64,000 bases of DNA from an uncultured delta proteobacterium (GTDB lineage Bacteria; Desulfobacterota; Desulfobacteria; Desulfobacterales; Desulfatirhabdiaceae): assembly GCA_963789395.1 (NCBI GenBank), contig CAWBKP010000014.1, positions 192,001 to 256,000 on the forward strand. Direction: 5' to 3'. The notes under the pieces are model-generated. The model had not been told where the DNA came from, searched no databases, and worked only from the letters and a program-made list of their open reading frames with translations. How positions within the stretch are numbered: position 1 is the stretch's first letter; the number at the start of each line of letters is the position of its first letter. The position numbers were made by a program, and so were the translations under genes. Positions 53,614 to 63,930 of the stretch are shown here, piece after piece.

Positions 53614-55256
53614 TCGATATCCTTCTGATCCAGCCGCCTGTCAGGGATTTTTATGCCACAGCCAAGCGCTCGCTTCCCTATGGTCTGGCCTGCATTGCCG
53701 CATCGCTGCTCAAGCACGGCTTTTCCGTTCAGATTTTAGACGGCCTTGCCACGTCCAAATCCCGAAACATTCCGATTCCCGCGGAAATGGATTATCTTTT
53801 CGAGTTTTATGCAAATCCGGATCTTTCCCCCTTTGCCCTCTTTCATCAGTATAAGCATTTCGGATACAGTTTTGAGCATATCGGAAAACTGGCAAAAGCC
53901 TCGGGTGCGTTGTTAATCGGCATTTCCTCCCTGTTTAGCGCCTACAGCCCGGAAGCGCTTCAAACAGCCGAGATCGTCAAGGCCTGTCATCCTTCCTGCA
54001 AAATCGTCATCGGCGGGCATCATCCCACGTCCCTGCCGGAAGCGGTCATGTCCTGTTCAGCCATTGATTACGGGATTCGCGGAGAAGGAGAAGTCTCACT
54101 GCCGATTCTGGCATCCGTTTTAAAATCAGGCCCGTCTCCATCAGATGCCCTGCTGTCAACGGTGCCGGGTCTTGTTTTCCGGAAATCCGATGCCTCGCTT
54201 CATGTCAGCGAACCCGTCTGGATGGAGAATCTCAGCGATTCCCCGCTTCCTGCAATGCACCTGGTTCGTTCGCGGTATTACAGGCGGGGAAAATCGGGCG
54301 CTTCGGTGATTGTCGCCAGCAGGGGGTGCCCCATGACCTGTACATACTGTTCCCTGGGGCAAAACGCCAAAACGCCGTATCGCCGCAAATCCCTTGATCG
54401 GGTGCTTCTTGAAATGGAGCAGGCCATCGAAACGTATGATGCCGGGTTTATAGATTTTGAGGACGAAAATCTGTCGCTTGACCGGAACTGGTTCATGGGC
54501 CTGCTGGCAGCGATCCAGGCCCGGTTTCCGGAACCCAGGCCTGAGCTGAGGGCCATGAACGGCCTGTTGCCGGCCTCGCTGGATAAAGATATGGTTCTGG
54601 CCATGAAAGCAGCCGGCTTCAAAACCCTGAATCTGTCTTTGGGAACCATTTCCACGACTCAACTGAAACGCTTTCACAGGCCGAATATGCAATCGGCATT
54701 TGAAAATGCGCTTGAACTGGCAGAACGCTGCGGATTGAATGCCGTCGGTTATATCATCGTCGGAGCGCCGTTTCAAAAGCCCACGGATGCCGTCGAAGAT
54801 CTGTTGTACCTGGCCTCCCTGAGAACCCTTGCCGGTGTATCGGTATTTTATCCTTCGCCAGGCAGCACGGATTATGATCTTTGCGGCAGGCTCGGTATTC
54901 TGCCGGAACACTTGTCCCTGATGCGATCCAGCGCGCTTCCCCTGTCCCACACCACATCCCGGATAGAATCCGTTACGCTGATGCGGTTGGGAAGAATCCT
55001 GAATTTCATGAAATTTTTGGTTGATCTTGAAATTGATTTTCAGGCCGAAGCGAAAGGGGCTTCAAAAAAAAGACTGCCTTTGGAAAACCGCCAGGAATCA
55101 GGCATCCGGCTTTTACAGATGTTCCTTGAAGACGCAGAAATCCGGGGAATCACCCCGGATGGCCGGATTTACGAACACAACGTGTCTCTGGATTTGACCC
55201 GGCGCTTCAGGGATGGACTTTGCGACATCAAGATAAAAGGGATCAACAAAAAATGA
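53610..55256 (+). CDS. B12-binding radical SAM protein
   Basis: PYGLACIA, IGGHHP, GEGE; SRGCPMTCTYC; FEDEN. Confidence 0.9.
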   Translation: MIDILLIQPPVRDFYATAKRSLPYGLACIAASLLKHGFSVQILDGLATSKSRNIPIPAEMDYLFEFYANPDLSPFALFHQYKHFGYSFEHIGKLAKASGALLIGISSLFSAYSPEALQTAEIVKACHPSCKIVIGGHHPTSLPEAVMSCSAIDYGIRGEGEVSLPILASVLKSGPSPSDALLSTVPGLVFRKSDASLHVSEPVWMENLSDSPLPAMHLVRSRYYRRGKSGASVIVASRGCPMTCTYCSLGQNAKTPYRRKSLDRVLLEMEQAIETYDAGFIDFEDENLSLDRNWFMGLLAAIQARFPEPRPELRAMNGLLPASLDKDMVLAMKAAGFKTLNLSLGTISTTQLKRFHRPNMQSAFENALELAERCGLNAVGYIIVGAPFQKPTDAVEDLLYLASLRTLAGVSVFYPSPGSTDYDLCGRLGILPEHLSLMRSSALPLSHTTSRIESVTLMRLGRILNFMKFLVDLEIDFQAEAKGASKKRLPLENRQESGIRLLQMFLEDAEIRGITPDGRIYEHNVSLDLTRRFRDGLCDIKIKGINKK

Positions 55257-55286
55257 ACCGAGATTATCCGATCGACATATTTATTA

Positions 55287-55862
55287 TTGCATATGATCCG
55301 CTTTTCTAGGTATATGCGCCACAGTCATGAAAATGACAGCTTTGAATACACCGCCATCGCAACCATGAATCTTTTATTTAACACCCTATTTCAAAAGACC
55401 CGGCAGATTCTGAATCAATGTTATTGCCGGCTCATCAGAATCGAAGGGGATCCCCGCAACATTGCCATGGGATTTGCCTTGGGACTGTTTGTCGGCATGA
55501 CTCCCACGATGGGATTCCAGATGCCCATCGCTGTTTTTTTTGCCATTCCGCTAGGTCTCAATAAAATTTCTTCCGCCGCAGGCGTCTGGATAACCAACCC
55601 TGTCAGCGCACCGTTCATTTACACGATGAACTATCTTGTCGGTGTCAAACTATTTCGTATTAACATTACAACCGGACAAATCATGGATTTCAGCTTCAAC
55701 TCTCTGAAATGTCTGTTGGCTGATACCCCGGATATCTTTATGGCGGCAACGCTTGGCGGAATTGTCATCGGCATTCCGATCGCCGTTGGCGGCTATTATT
55801 TTGCCCTGTCCGCTGTAAAACGATATCAGACGCTTACAAAAAAAGCCCACTGCCCGTCCTGA
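55287..55862 (+). CDS. DUF2062-family membrane protein (start uncertain)
   Basis: PRNIAMGFALGLFVG, WITNP. Confidence 0.8.
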   Translation: MHMIRFSRYMRHSHENDSFEYTAIATMNLLFNTLFQKTRQILNQCYCRLIRIEGDPRNIAMGFALGLFVGMTPTMGFQMPIAVFFAIPLGLNKISSAAGVWITNPVSAPFIYTMNYLVGVKLFRINITTGQIMDFSFNSLKCLLADTPDIFMAATLGGIVIGIPIAVGGYYFALSAVKRYQTLTKKAHCPS

Positions 55863-55866
55863 TCCG

Positions 55867-57051
55867 CTACTTACCACCCAACTGATACTTTCTCACAGCC
55901 TGCAGATGTTCGTCCCATGTTCGTGAAAACTGATGGGTTTTATCCTGACGGGATACAAAATACAGATAGTCGCTTTGGGCGGGATAAACAGCTGCCAGAA
56001 GCGACTTGGCCCCTGGACTGGCAATCGGCCCCGGTGGCAGCCCCTGGCGGGTATAGGTGTTATACGGGGTTGGCGTTGTCAGATGCCGGCGGGTGATATT
56101 CCCGTCAAAATTCTCAATGCCGTAAATCACCGTAGGATCGCTTTCCAGACGCATGCGGCGTTTCAGCCGGTTGTGAAATACGGATGAAACGATCGGCCGC
56201 TCGCTGTCAGAGCCGGTTTCCTTTTCAATGATGGAAGCCAGCGTCACGGCCTGATGCAACGACAGGCCTGTCTTTTGTGCATCCTGAGCCATCTCGGGCG
56301 TAAACACCTCTCGAAATCTCTGGATCATGGTGGTAAGGATTTTCTCGGGGCTGACCCCTTTCGGGAAATAATACGTATCCGGGAAAAGATAGCCTTCTGC
56401 CGTATCCGCTTCAATGTTCCAGGCATGACACAATTGCGGGTCCTGCGCCGCATGCATCAGCCGGGATTCAGAGACCAGTCCGGCGCCGGCAAATACCGCA
56501 GCAATTTCTTTCAGATTATATCCTTCCGGAATGGTGATTTTATATAAATAAGTCTTTCCACTGACCAGTATTTCCAGAATCTGCTTTGGCGTCATGGCGC
56601 CGGACACCAGATATTCTCCTGCCTGAATCCGCCGGGCATATCCGAATGCACGGGCATAGAGATAGAAACTGGATGGCGCCCGAATGATTTCCGAACGAAA
56701 GAGCATATCGGCGGTTGTTTTCAACTGCTGACGGGGCAGCACCGTAATCATCGCTTCCAGGGAAGGCCGGCTGCCGGCGGTGTTGGCATATTCGACGATA
56801 TCCCATGCTGTCCAGATGGCAAGCGTTGAGAGGATCAGCAGCGCCAGGGCGGAAACTGCCAAAACAACTCTTTTAAAAAAGCCTCTCTGGCCAAAGGCGC
56901 TGTTGCCGCAGACCTTGGACCGGCTGACTTCAATGGCCGATTTTGACAATGTAATGAATTTCCTCAATGAGTGATCATGGGTTTCCCGTATCAGAAACAC
57001 GCGCAGCAGTCTCACCCTGTGGACAGAAAAAGAGAACTCCGGCGCACTCAA
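55867..57051 (-). CDS. mltG: Endolytic transglycosylase MltG (true start probably downstream of 57051)
   Basis: TIPEG, EGYLFPDTY, LASIIEKE, VFHNRL, SDPTVIY, PYNTY, GLPPGPI. Confidence 0.93.
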   Translation of the reverse strand: MSAPEFSFSVHRVRLLRVFLIRETHDHSLRKFITLSKSAIEVSRSKVCGNSAFGQRGFFKRVVLAVSALALLILSTLAIWTAWDIVEYANTAGSRPSLEAMITVLPRQQLKTTADMLFRSEIIRAPSSFYLYARAFGYARRIQAGEYLVSGAMTPKQILEILVSGKTYLYKITIPEGYNLKEIAAVFAGAGLVSESRLMHAAQDPQLCHAWNIEADTAEGYLFPDTYYFPKGVSPEKILTTMIQRFREVFTPEMAQDAQKTGLSLHQAVTLASIIEKETGSDSERPIVSSVFHNRLKRRMRLESDPTVIYGIENFDGNITRRHLTTPTPYNTYTRQGLPPGPIASPGAKSLLAAVYPAQSDYLYFVSRQDKTHQFSRTWDEHLQAVRKYQLGGK

Positions 57052-57186
57052 TAATAGTGAATATAAAAGGCAATGGCAATAGAGATGTCTTCAGAATGGG
57101 GAGCGGGGCAGCAGGTGAGTGCATCCACTGGGTGCATTTTTTTGGATGGAATCTGATTTGTTATGAAGGTTCTTCTTGCAGCGGGG

Positions 57187-58677
57187 TCATTGCGAAATGG
57201 GTAAAAAAACCGTGAACGTCGTTCCCCGGGACGGTTCACTCCGGACCTGAATGCTGCCTCCCAGTTCATCCAGAAGCCCTTTGACGATGGGAAGGCCAAG
57301 GCCCGTTCCGGTAATGAAACGGGTTTTTTCATTCTTTACCCGGTAAAAGCGTTTGAAGATATTGTCGATATCCTTGGCTTCAATACCAAACCCCGTGTCG
57401 CTGACATCTACCTGAATTTTATCCGTCAGCAGTCCGATTTTTACTTCGACGGCACCTTCGTCCGGCGTATAGTTGATGGCGTTTGCGATCAAATTTCCAA
57501 AAACGCTTTCCAGTGCCCGGGGATCGGCAGAGATCACAGGAAGCGGTTCATCGGGAATTACCAGCTTAAGCTGCTGATTCTTTCCGCTGGCCCGTGTTTC
57601 CATAAAATCCACGATGCTTTTCAAAAACTCATCCAGCTTGATGGGCTTGCAGTCGATGCAGACATTTCCGGCTTCGATACGGGACAGGTCCAGCAGGTCC
57701 CCGATCAGCGAAATCAGCCCCTGGGTTTTTTCCTTGGCCCGCGAAAGCAGGTATTGATCCCTCGGAGACTCATTCTCCACCATGTCTTTCAGAACCAGGG
57801 CCAGTTGCTCATGAATGGTGGAGAGCGGAGACCTCAGCTCATGCGACACCTTGGCCACGAATTCGGATTTCAGGCGGTCCAGAACCTTCATGGCCGTAAT
57901 GTCAACCAGATTCACCACAGCGCCCAGGCATTCGCCCTCATCACCGAGAACCGGCCTTCCGGAAGCCAGCAGGTATTTTTCACCAACGGTCGTAAATTCA
58001 TATGTCGCCGGAAGGGTAATCGCTTTTCCCGCGGAAATGTCTTCAACCAGCTGACAGAACCCTTTATCCTGTATGCAGGCCTCGATGGGTTCTCCCGCAA
58101 CCAGGCTCTTTTCAATTCCCATCAGCCACTGGAATGCAGGGTTTGCCAGCGCCACCTGCCCCTGGACATTGGTCACCAGAACCCCGTTCGGAAGCGATTC
58201 CACAATGGTTCGAATCCGGCTTTTTTCCGTCCCCAGATCCGCCAGATTCCGCTGCCGTTCCTGAGCCAGGTTTTCGGTTTCTTCGGCAAGCCGAATCCGC
58301 TCCCTGGCCCGATTGATGACGATCCGCAGCTGGTCGGGCTCAAAAGGCTTGGGAATAAAGTCATACGCCCCCTGCTTCATAGCGTCGATGGCGGTTTCAA
58401 GCGTGGCATAACCGGTGATGATGATAACCAGAATTTCAGGATTCAATTTCTGGATGTGGCCCAGCACTTCCATGCCATCCATTCCCGGCATTTTCAAATC
58501 CAGAAGAACGATCGAAACCGGATACTGCCCCAGAAGCTCCAGCCCCTCGCTTCCACGGGAGGCTTTATACACCTGAAACCCCATCCGCGTCAGAATGCGT
58601 TCGGATCCCTCCCGAATGCTTTCTTCATCATCAACGACCAGAATGGTCAATCCATTGGATGTGTTTTCCGGTTTCAC
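57187..58677 (-). CDS. Hybrid REC-PAS-histidine kinase
   Basis: VVDDE...LLDLKMPG; PAS; VSHELRSPL; GTGLGL. Confidence 0.92.
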   Translation of the reverse strand: MKPENTSNGLTILVVDDEESIREGSERILTRMGFQVYKASRGSEGLELLGQYPVSIVLLDLKMPGMDGMEVLGHIQKLNPEILVIIITGYATLETAIDAMKQGAYDFIPKPFEPDQLRIVINRARERIRLAEETENLAQERQRNLADLGTEKSRIRTIVESLPNGVLVTNVQGQVALANPAFQWLMGIEKSLVAGEPIEACIQDKGFCQLVEDISAGKAITLPATYEFTTVGEKYLLASGRPVLGDEGECLGAVVNLVDITAMKVLDRLKSEFVAKVSHELRSPLSTIHEQLALVLKDMVENESPRDQYLLSRAKEKTQGLISLIGDLLDLSRIEAGNVCIDCKPIKLDEFLKSIVDFMETRASGKNQQLKLVIPDEPLPVISADPRALESVFGNLIANAINYTPDEGAVEVKIGLLTDKIQVDVSDTGFGIEAKDIDNIFKRFYRVKNEKTRFITGTGLGLPIVKGLLDELGGSIQVRSEPSRGTTFTVFLPISQ

Positions 58678-58773
58678 ATGAACCTTCCTGAAATACAGAT
58701 AAATTATCTATTGAACCCCGGGCGTTGAGGGTCAGGAGCAGACCGGCCCTCGACCGTTATTGCCAGAAAATGT

Positions 58774-60225
58774 TCACGACGGATTGATGGGCAGTTCAAC
58801 AATAAAAACAGCTCCTTGATCCGGATTGTTTCTGGCCATGATTATCCCCTTATGACTTTCCACAATGCCATATGCCAGACTCAGACCCAGACCCGTACCC
58901 TTTCCTTCTTCTTTTGTCGTATAAAACGGCTCAAAAACATGGGGCAACACATCCTCTGGAATTCCCGGACCCGTATCGGAGATTTCAATGATGATTTTCT
59001 GATTGTTCGGGGAGCGGGCTGATGAAATGACCAGTTTCCCCCTGCCGTCCATGGCCTGGGCAGCGTTTAAAATGATGTTCAGGAACACATGGTTGAGCTG
59101 CTGGATATCGCCCAGGACAAGGGGAAGATCTGCCGCCAGACGGGTTTCAATCGAAATATTCTGAAACAGAACCTGTTTTTCCAGGAGAAACAGGGTTCGG
59201 GACAGGGCCTTGTTGATGTCGTGAAATTGCTTTTCCTGCATGGTTTGCCGGGAAAATACGAGAAGTTCCTTGACCGTATCCCGGCACCGTTCGGCATCCT
59301 TTAATATCCGGCTCAAGTCCGCCCTGGCCGGCTCACTCAGTTCATATTCCTCCTGAATCAGGCGGGAATACAGCATGATACCGCCCAGGGGATTGTTCAG
59401 CTGATGGGCAACGCCGGCAGCCAGCTTGCCCAGGGAGGCCATTTTTTCATTCTGAAGCAGCTGGATCTGGGCTCTTTCCAGCTCTTTTTTCAATCGAATC
59501 CGAGTCCGCAAATCATGAAAAAATCCGATGGATCCGACTTCCTGACCGCCTTCATAGATAATCGATGCGTACAGGCTGATGGGGATTCGCTCTCCCTGTT
59601 TCCCCAGGATATCCACATGGTATTCCTTCAGCTTTCCCTTGCCGCCGTAATCCTCGCTTCGAAGCTTTTTCATGACGTCCCATGCACCGTGGTCCGGATA
59701 GATGCTCTGAATATAAAGGCTTTCGAGCGCTTCTGCGACGCTGTATCCACTGACTTCCGCAGCAGACTGATTGAAAATGAAGATTTTTCCCTTTCGGTCC
59801 GCGGCAATCACCCCATCCACGGCGCTGTTGATCATGTTTTTCAGAAACGCACTCGATTGACGAAGCTCTTCCTCCAGTTTTCCGAGCCGGGGCAGATCAA
59901 AATCCACCATCAGCAGTGCATCGATTACCCCTTCTGAACATATGGGATAACAGGAAACCCGCTCGCTTTCCTGAAGACTTTTGGGAGAATGCCTGAGAAT
60001 GGGTTTCCCGTTATGAAGCACGCGGCAGGCAGGGCAGTCATCACAGGGCGTGCTGTATTCAAAATAGATATCATAGCAGACACTGCCGACAATATCCTTG
60101 CCCCGTTTTTCGGCCGTATAGCGATTGGTGGCCAGAATACGGTGATCCGGGGACACCACGATCATTTCGCGGTCCAGCGCATCGATGGCCCGTATCAGAT
60201 ATTCTTTTTCCGCTTCGGTGCGCAC
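58774..60225 (-). CDS. Cytoplasmic PAS-PAS histidine kinase
   Basis: First PAS with CY...PCDDCP; EKMASLGKLAAGVAHQLNNP; GTGLGL; no TM segment seen. Confidence 0.92.
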   Translation of the reverse strand: MRTEAEKEYLIRAIDALDREMIVVSPDHRILATNRYTAEKRGKDIVGSVCYDIYFEYSTPCDDCPACRVLHNGKPILRHSPKSLQESERVSCYPICSEGVIDALLMVDFDLPRLGKLEEELRQSSAFLKNMINSAVDGVIAADRKGKIFIFNQSAAEVSGYSVAEALESLYIQSIYPDHGAWDVMKKLRSEDYGGKGKLKEYHVDILGKQGERIPISLYASIIYEGGQEVGSIGFFHDLRTRIRLKKELERAQIQLLQNEKMASLGKLAAGVAHQLNNPLGGIMLYSRLIQEEYELSEPARADLSRILKDAERCRDTVKELLVFSRQTMQEKQFHDINKALSRTLFLLEKQVLFQNISIETRLAADLPLVLGDIQQLNHVFLNIILNAAQAMDGRGKLVISSARSPNNQKIIIEISDTGPGIPEDVLPHVFEPFYTTKEEGKGTGLGLSLAYGIVESHKGIIMARNNPDQGAVFIVELPINPS

Positions 60226-60232
60226 ATCCCTC

Positions 60233-61531
60233 CTAAAGGCCGACTTCCGCCAGGTCCGGTCCGAGGTAGGTGCGTTCGTTTTCGCCCAGAACGCCCAGCG
60301 ACAGGCAGATCAGGGTCCAGAGATGCACCGTATGGTATCCGCCTTCAAAATGCTCCCCGATATCATGAATCTGGGCATGGCAGTTATGGCAGGGCGTGAT
60401 GCAGTAATGCGCTCCGGTTGCCATGACCTGCTCGAATTTGAGTCTGCCGTAAGCCCGCCTGGCTTCGGGAAGGCCGGATTGCAGGAACCCGCCGCCCCCG
60501 CCGCAACAGTAGTTGTTGGAGCGGTTCGGAAACATATCCACAAAATTTTCCTCGCCTACAACGGCTTTAACAACAAACCGAAGATCCTCAGCCACCGGAT
60601 CACCAAAACTTTTCCGGACCAGCTGGCAAGGGTCCTGAACCGTAAACTTGACTTTCAGGTCCCTGTTCCAATCGGAGTTGACCTTGAGTTTTCCTTCCCG
60701 TATCCACTGGGCATAATACTGGATGATACTTTTTATCTCAAAATTGTAAGGAATGTTGAATTTTTTCAGTCCAGTCCGGACTGCAAATAGCTCGTGCCCT
60801 CACTCGGTATTGAGCCAGACCTTGCACTTGAGATCATCCACGGCCTTGGCCTTGATCCGAACGATTTCTTCCCACCGGTCGTTTTCCGCCAGGAACATGC
60901 AGTAATTCTCAGCAGCCCATCCCTTGGAACCGTAAGTCCAGTCAGCCCCAGCCAGATGCAGGATTTTCCAGAGCGGCACCATTTCATCCGGCTCTGTGAC
61001 CGGCTCCCGGGAGTTCTGGTTCAGAAAAAACTCGGCGCCCACCTTATCCATCGGAGCCTGAAGATCTTCAAATCCCGGCTGGTTTTCCCGGACCTCGTTC
61101 AAAACGTCTTCAACCACAAACCGCCAGTCTTCTTCGGTTGCGCCCATGGCGCTGCACGTATCGTTTCTGAGGGCCATGTCGCAGGAACCCAGGATTCCCT
61201 TTGGTTTCTGATCTCTGGGCCAATTGGCCCTGACATTGAACACCAGCTGGGGAATATCGATTTTCATGGGACACACATAGATGCAGCGCTGGCACATGGT
61301 GCACATCCAAGCCCACTTGGAGCTCAGGATTTCTTCATCCATCCCGAGAGAGGCCATGCGCAGAAATTTCCGGGGATCCATGTCTTCCAGTCCGGTTGCC
61401 GGGCATCCGGAAGAGCAGGCCCCGCAGGTCAGACAGAGGTTCAGGTTTCCGCCATCCGGCAGAAGGGCCATCACCTTGTCCTTGAACAGGCTCTTGCCTG
61501 ATTTTGACATCCGAATGACGCCTGTTGTCAT
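60233..61531 (-). CDS. HdrD/HmcF/TmcB-like Fe-S, CCG-domain protein with selenocysteine (~432 aa, Sec244)
   Basis: ORFs 60800-61618 and 60233-60595 share a frame and are joined through one TGA (60800-60802) in WLNTE-U-GH; CLTCGAC, CTMCQRC, QDPC, YCCGGGGG, TPCHNC. Confidence 0.88.
60764..60787 (-). promoter_or_regulatory. Candidate SECIS hairpin
   Basis: TTT-G-CAGTCC-GGACT-GGACTG-AAA; loop begins 23 nt after the TGA. Confidence 0.7.
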
Positions 61532-61559
61532 GATGATCTCCTTATAGGGAATAGGTAGC

Positions 61560-61716
61560 GCCTGAACGGAAAGACCGTTCAGGCGAAATTCGAATATCGA
61601 AATCCGAAACAAATTCAAAATTCAAATGTCTAAAATGATTAATCTCAAAACACACCGTTTTGATCATTATGATTTTGGTCATTGTTTCGAATTTCGTGCT
61701 TCGGATTTCGAATTTA
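61560..61716 (+). repeat. Dispersed palindrome plus heptad-repeat element, copy C (most complete)
   Basis: GCCTGAACGG-aaaga-CCGTTCAGGC, AAATTCGAATATCGAAATCCGAAAC ... GTTTCGAATTTCGTGCTTCGGATTTCGAATTT. Confidence 0.85.
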
Positions 61717-61731
61717 TAATTGAAACTCTGA

Positions 61732-62121
61732 TTACATACCCAGTAACCGCTTGACGCTCTGGGTAATATCCTCGGCCGAAGCCGGCTTGGGCAGATAATC
61801 GTCGGCTTCCGTGCTCATGCCGTCATAATGAGAATATTTTGTGGAAGTAACGCGGTCAGCCACGGCCGTCAGCAGCACTATCGGAATGCCGGCGTAGGCG
61901 CTGTCTTTTTTGAGCAGCGCGCACAGCTCAAAGCCGTCCATCTCCGGCATCATGACATCCAGGACAATGGCGTGCGGCGGGTTGGCCTTGATTTTTTCAA
62001 AACCTTCCACGCCATTGTAGGCCAGTTCGGTTGCAAACCCTTCTTTTTCCAGATAGGTCTGCACGATCATCGAAAAATCAGGCTCATCGTCAACGATGAG
62101 AATGCGTTTTTTTTCACTCAT
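61732..62121 (-). CDS. Single-domain response regulator
   Basis: ILIVDDE, VLDVMMPEMDG, LLTA, YLPKP. Confidence 0.93.
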   Translation of the reverse strand: MSEKKRILIVDDEPDFSMIVQTYLEKEGFATELAYNGVEGFEKIKANPPHAIVLDVMMPEMDGFELCALLKKDSAYAGIPIVLLTAVADRVTSTKYSHYDGMSTEADDYLPKPASAEDITQSVKRLLGM

Positions 62122-62277
62122 GAGTCACATCCTTTCATATCAATCGATATTACGTTAGAAGTTAAACTGAAGATTGGAAAATAAGAAAGACCGGAACGTT
62201 GTTTTCCCGCTTTCCTACCACACCGCACATGCTAAGTCCAGCACAGGATTGCAGGATGGAACTTCTGTCTTTTCCGT

Positions 62278-63213
62278 TTAACTGTCTAACACAGGCCGGG
62301 GATAGAGACCGGTCCGCTCCACAATTTCCGCCACTTTTTCTTCCCATTCGATAGCCATGATATGGAATCCGTGCACGCCTTCCACGGACTTGAGGCGTTC
62401 AATGGTTTCCACGCAAATGTCAATGCCTTCCTGGGGCTGTTTTTCCTTGGCAACTCCGGCCATGCGTTTGATGACATCATCCGGAACATCCATGCCCGGA
62501 ACCCGGTTTTTCATATACCGGGCCATGCCCACGGATTTCATCGGCGTGACGCCGGCCAGAATGTGCACTTTTTCCGTAAGACCCCGTTCTCTGGCCAGCT
62601 TTACCCAGAGCTCGAACTTGTCGAGATTGTAAATACACTGGGTCTGAATGAATTCAACGCCGGCTGCGATTTTTTTGGCCAGACGGGGAACCCGAATTTC
62701 AAAAGGATCGGCAAAGGGGTTTTCCGCAGCCCCCACAAACATTTGGGGAGGCCTGTCGATATCCCCACCGCCCAGAAATTTCCCTTCATCCCGCATGCGC
62801 CGTACCGTCTGGATGAGCTGCATGGAATCGATATCATGGACATTCTGCCCGGTGGCGCAATCCCCGAAGCTCTGGTGGTCGCCCGAAAGGCAGAGGATGT
62901 TGTTGATATCAAAGGAGGCCGCCCCCAGGATGTCGCTTTGCAGCGCGATCCGGTTGCGATCCCGCGTCACCATCTGCAGGACCGGCTCCAGACCCATGAG
63001 TTTCAGGCGGATGCAGGCCGCCAGGCTGCACATGCGCGTAACGGATGTCTGGTTATCGGTAATGTTGATGGCATCGACATGGTTTTTGATCAGATGCCCT
63101 TTTTCCTCGATATGCTTGGGGTTGCTGCCCCGGGGAGGACCGACTTCCGAGGTGACTGCCAGATGGCCCGCGGCCAGAATTTTTTCCAGTTTGCTTGGCG
63201 TTTTAGTGGTCAT
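62278..63213 (-). CDS. metF: Methylenetetrahydrofolate reductase
   Basis: EVGPP, INITDN, RDRNRIALQSD, LSGDH, IQTQ. Confidence 0.93.
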   Translation of the reverse strand: MTTKTPSKLEKILAAGHLAVTSEVGPPRGSNPKHIEEKGHLIKNHVDAINITDNQTSVTRMCSLAACIRLKLMGLEPVLQMVTRDRNRIALQSDILGAASFDINNILCLSGDHQSFGDCATGQNVHDIDSMQLIQTVRRMRDEGKFLGGGDIDRPPQMFVGAAENPFADPFEIRVPRLAKKIAAGVEFIQTQCIYNLDKFELWVKLARERGLTEKVHILAGVTPMKSVGMARYMKNRVPGMDVPDDVIKRMAGVAKEKQPQEGIDICVETIERLKSVEGVHGFHIMAIEWEEKVAEIVERTGLYPRPVLDS

Positions 63214-63878
63214 ATCTGCACATCCTCCCTGACGACTTTTCGGGGTCCGCCTGCCCTGTCGGTGGACCAGTCCTTGATCGAGAAGAGCTTTTCATAGTCA
63301 TCCATGCGTCCCAGAGCCTTCAGGCGGTCCACGATGAGCTGCCAGGCGCAGTCCAGATCTTTGTTGATTTCGCACTTGCCCTTGCTGGAGCCGCCGCAGG
63401 GGCCGTTTAAAATCCGCTTGGCGCAGCGCGAAACCGGGCAGATACCGGCTGTGCTTGCCAGAACACATTGACCGCAGGCCTGGCATCGTTCCGTCCAGAG
63501 TCCCCGCTTTTCGGTGACTCCCAGAAAGCAGGTATTGACGCCCGGATAGACCGGTTTGGACAGATATTTCTCCGCCGTAAACTGGACCCCGACCCCGCAG
63601 GCCAGAGAGACAACCGCGTCATACTTGTCGATTTTATCCCGGATTTCTTCCAGATACTCATGGTCGCACTGACGCTCCAGCGTAATTTCGTCAATTCGCA
63701 TGTCTTTTCCATTGTTGATAAAATACATTCGCAGGGCCGATGCCAGAATGCCCACTTCTTTCTTGCCGCCTGCCTCGCAGACGGTGACGCATTCATTGCA
63801 TCCCAGTATCAGCACATTGCGATAGGGTTCCACTTGCTGAATGATTTCTTCGATGGGTTTTTTATCGGCTACAATCAT
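63210..63878 (-). CDS. metV: MetV Fe-S/Zn partner subunit of MTHFR
   Basis: GCNECVTVC, RQC, ACGVG, CQACGQC, CPVSRCAK..LNGPCGG, CAW. Confidence 0.9.
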   Translation of the reverse strand: MIVADKKPIEEIIQQVEPYRNVLILGCNECVTVCEAGGKKEVGILASALRMYFINNGKDMRIDEITLERQCDHEYLEEIRDKIDKYDAVVSLACGVGVQFTAEKYLSKPVYPGVNTCFLGVTEKRGLWTERCQACGQCVLASTAGICPVSRCAKRILNGPCGGSSKGKCEINKDLDCAWQLIVDRLKALGRMDDYEKLFSIKDWSTDRAGGPRKVVREDVQI

Positions 63879-63930
63879 GGTTTGTGACCTCTCTTGTCAG
63901 GATCAGGGTTTGGGGTCAGGGGTCTTTGTC

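Noticed and set aside
63895..63930. GGGTCAG-like 7-nt periodic tract before metV
   Set aside because: Too short and degenerate to assign to a repeat family.
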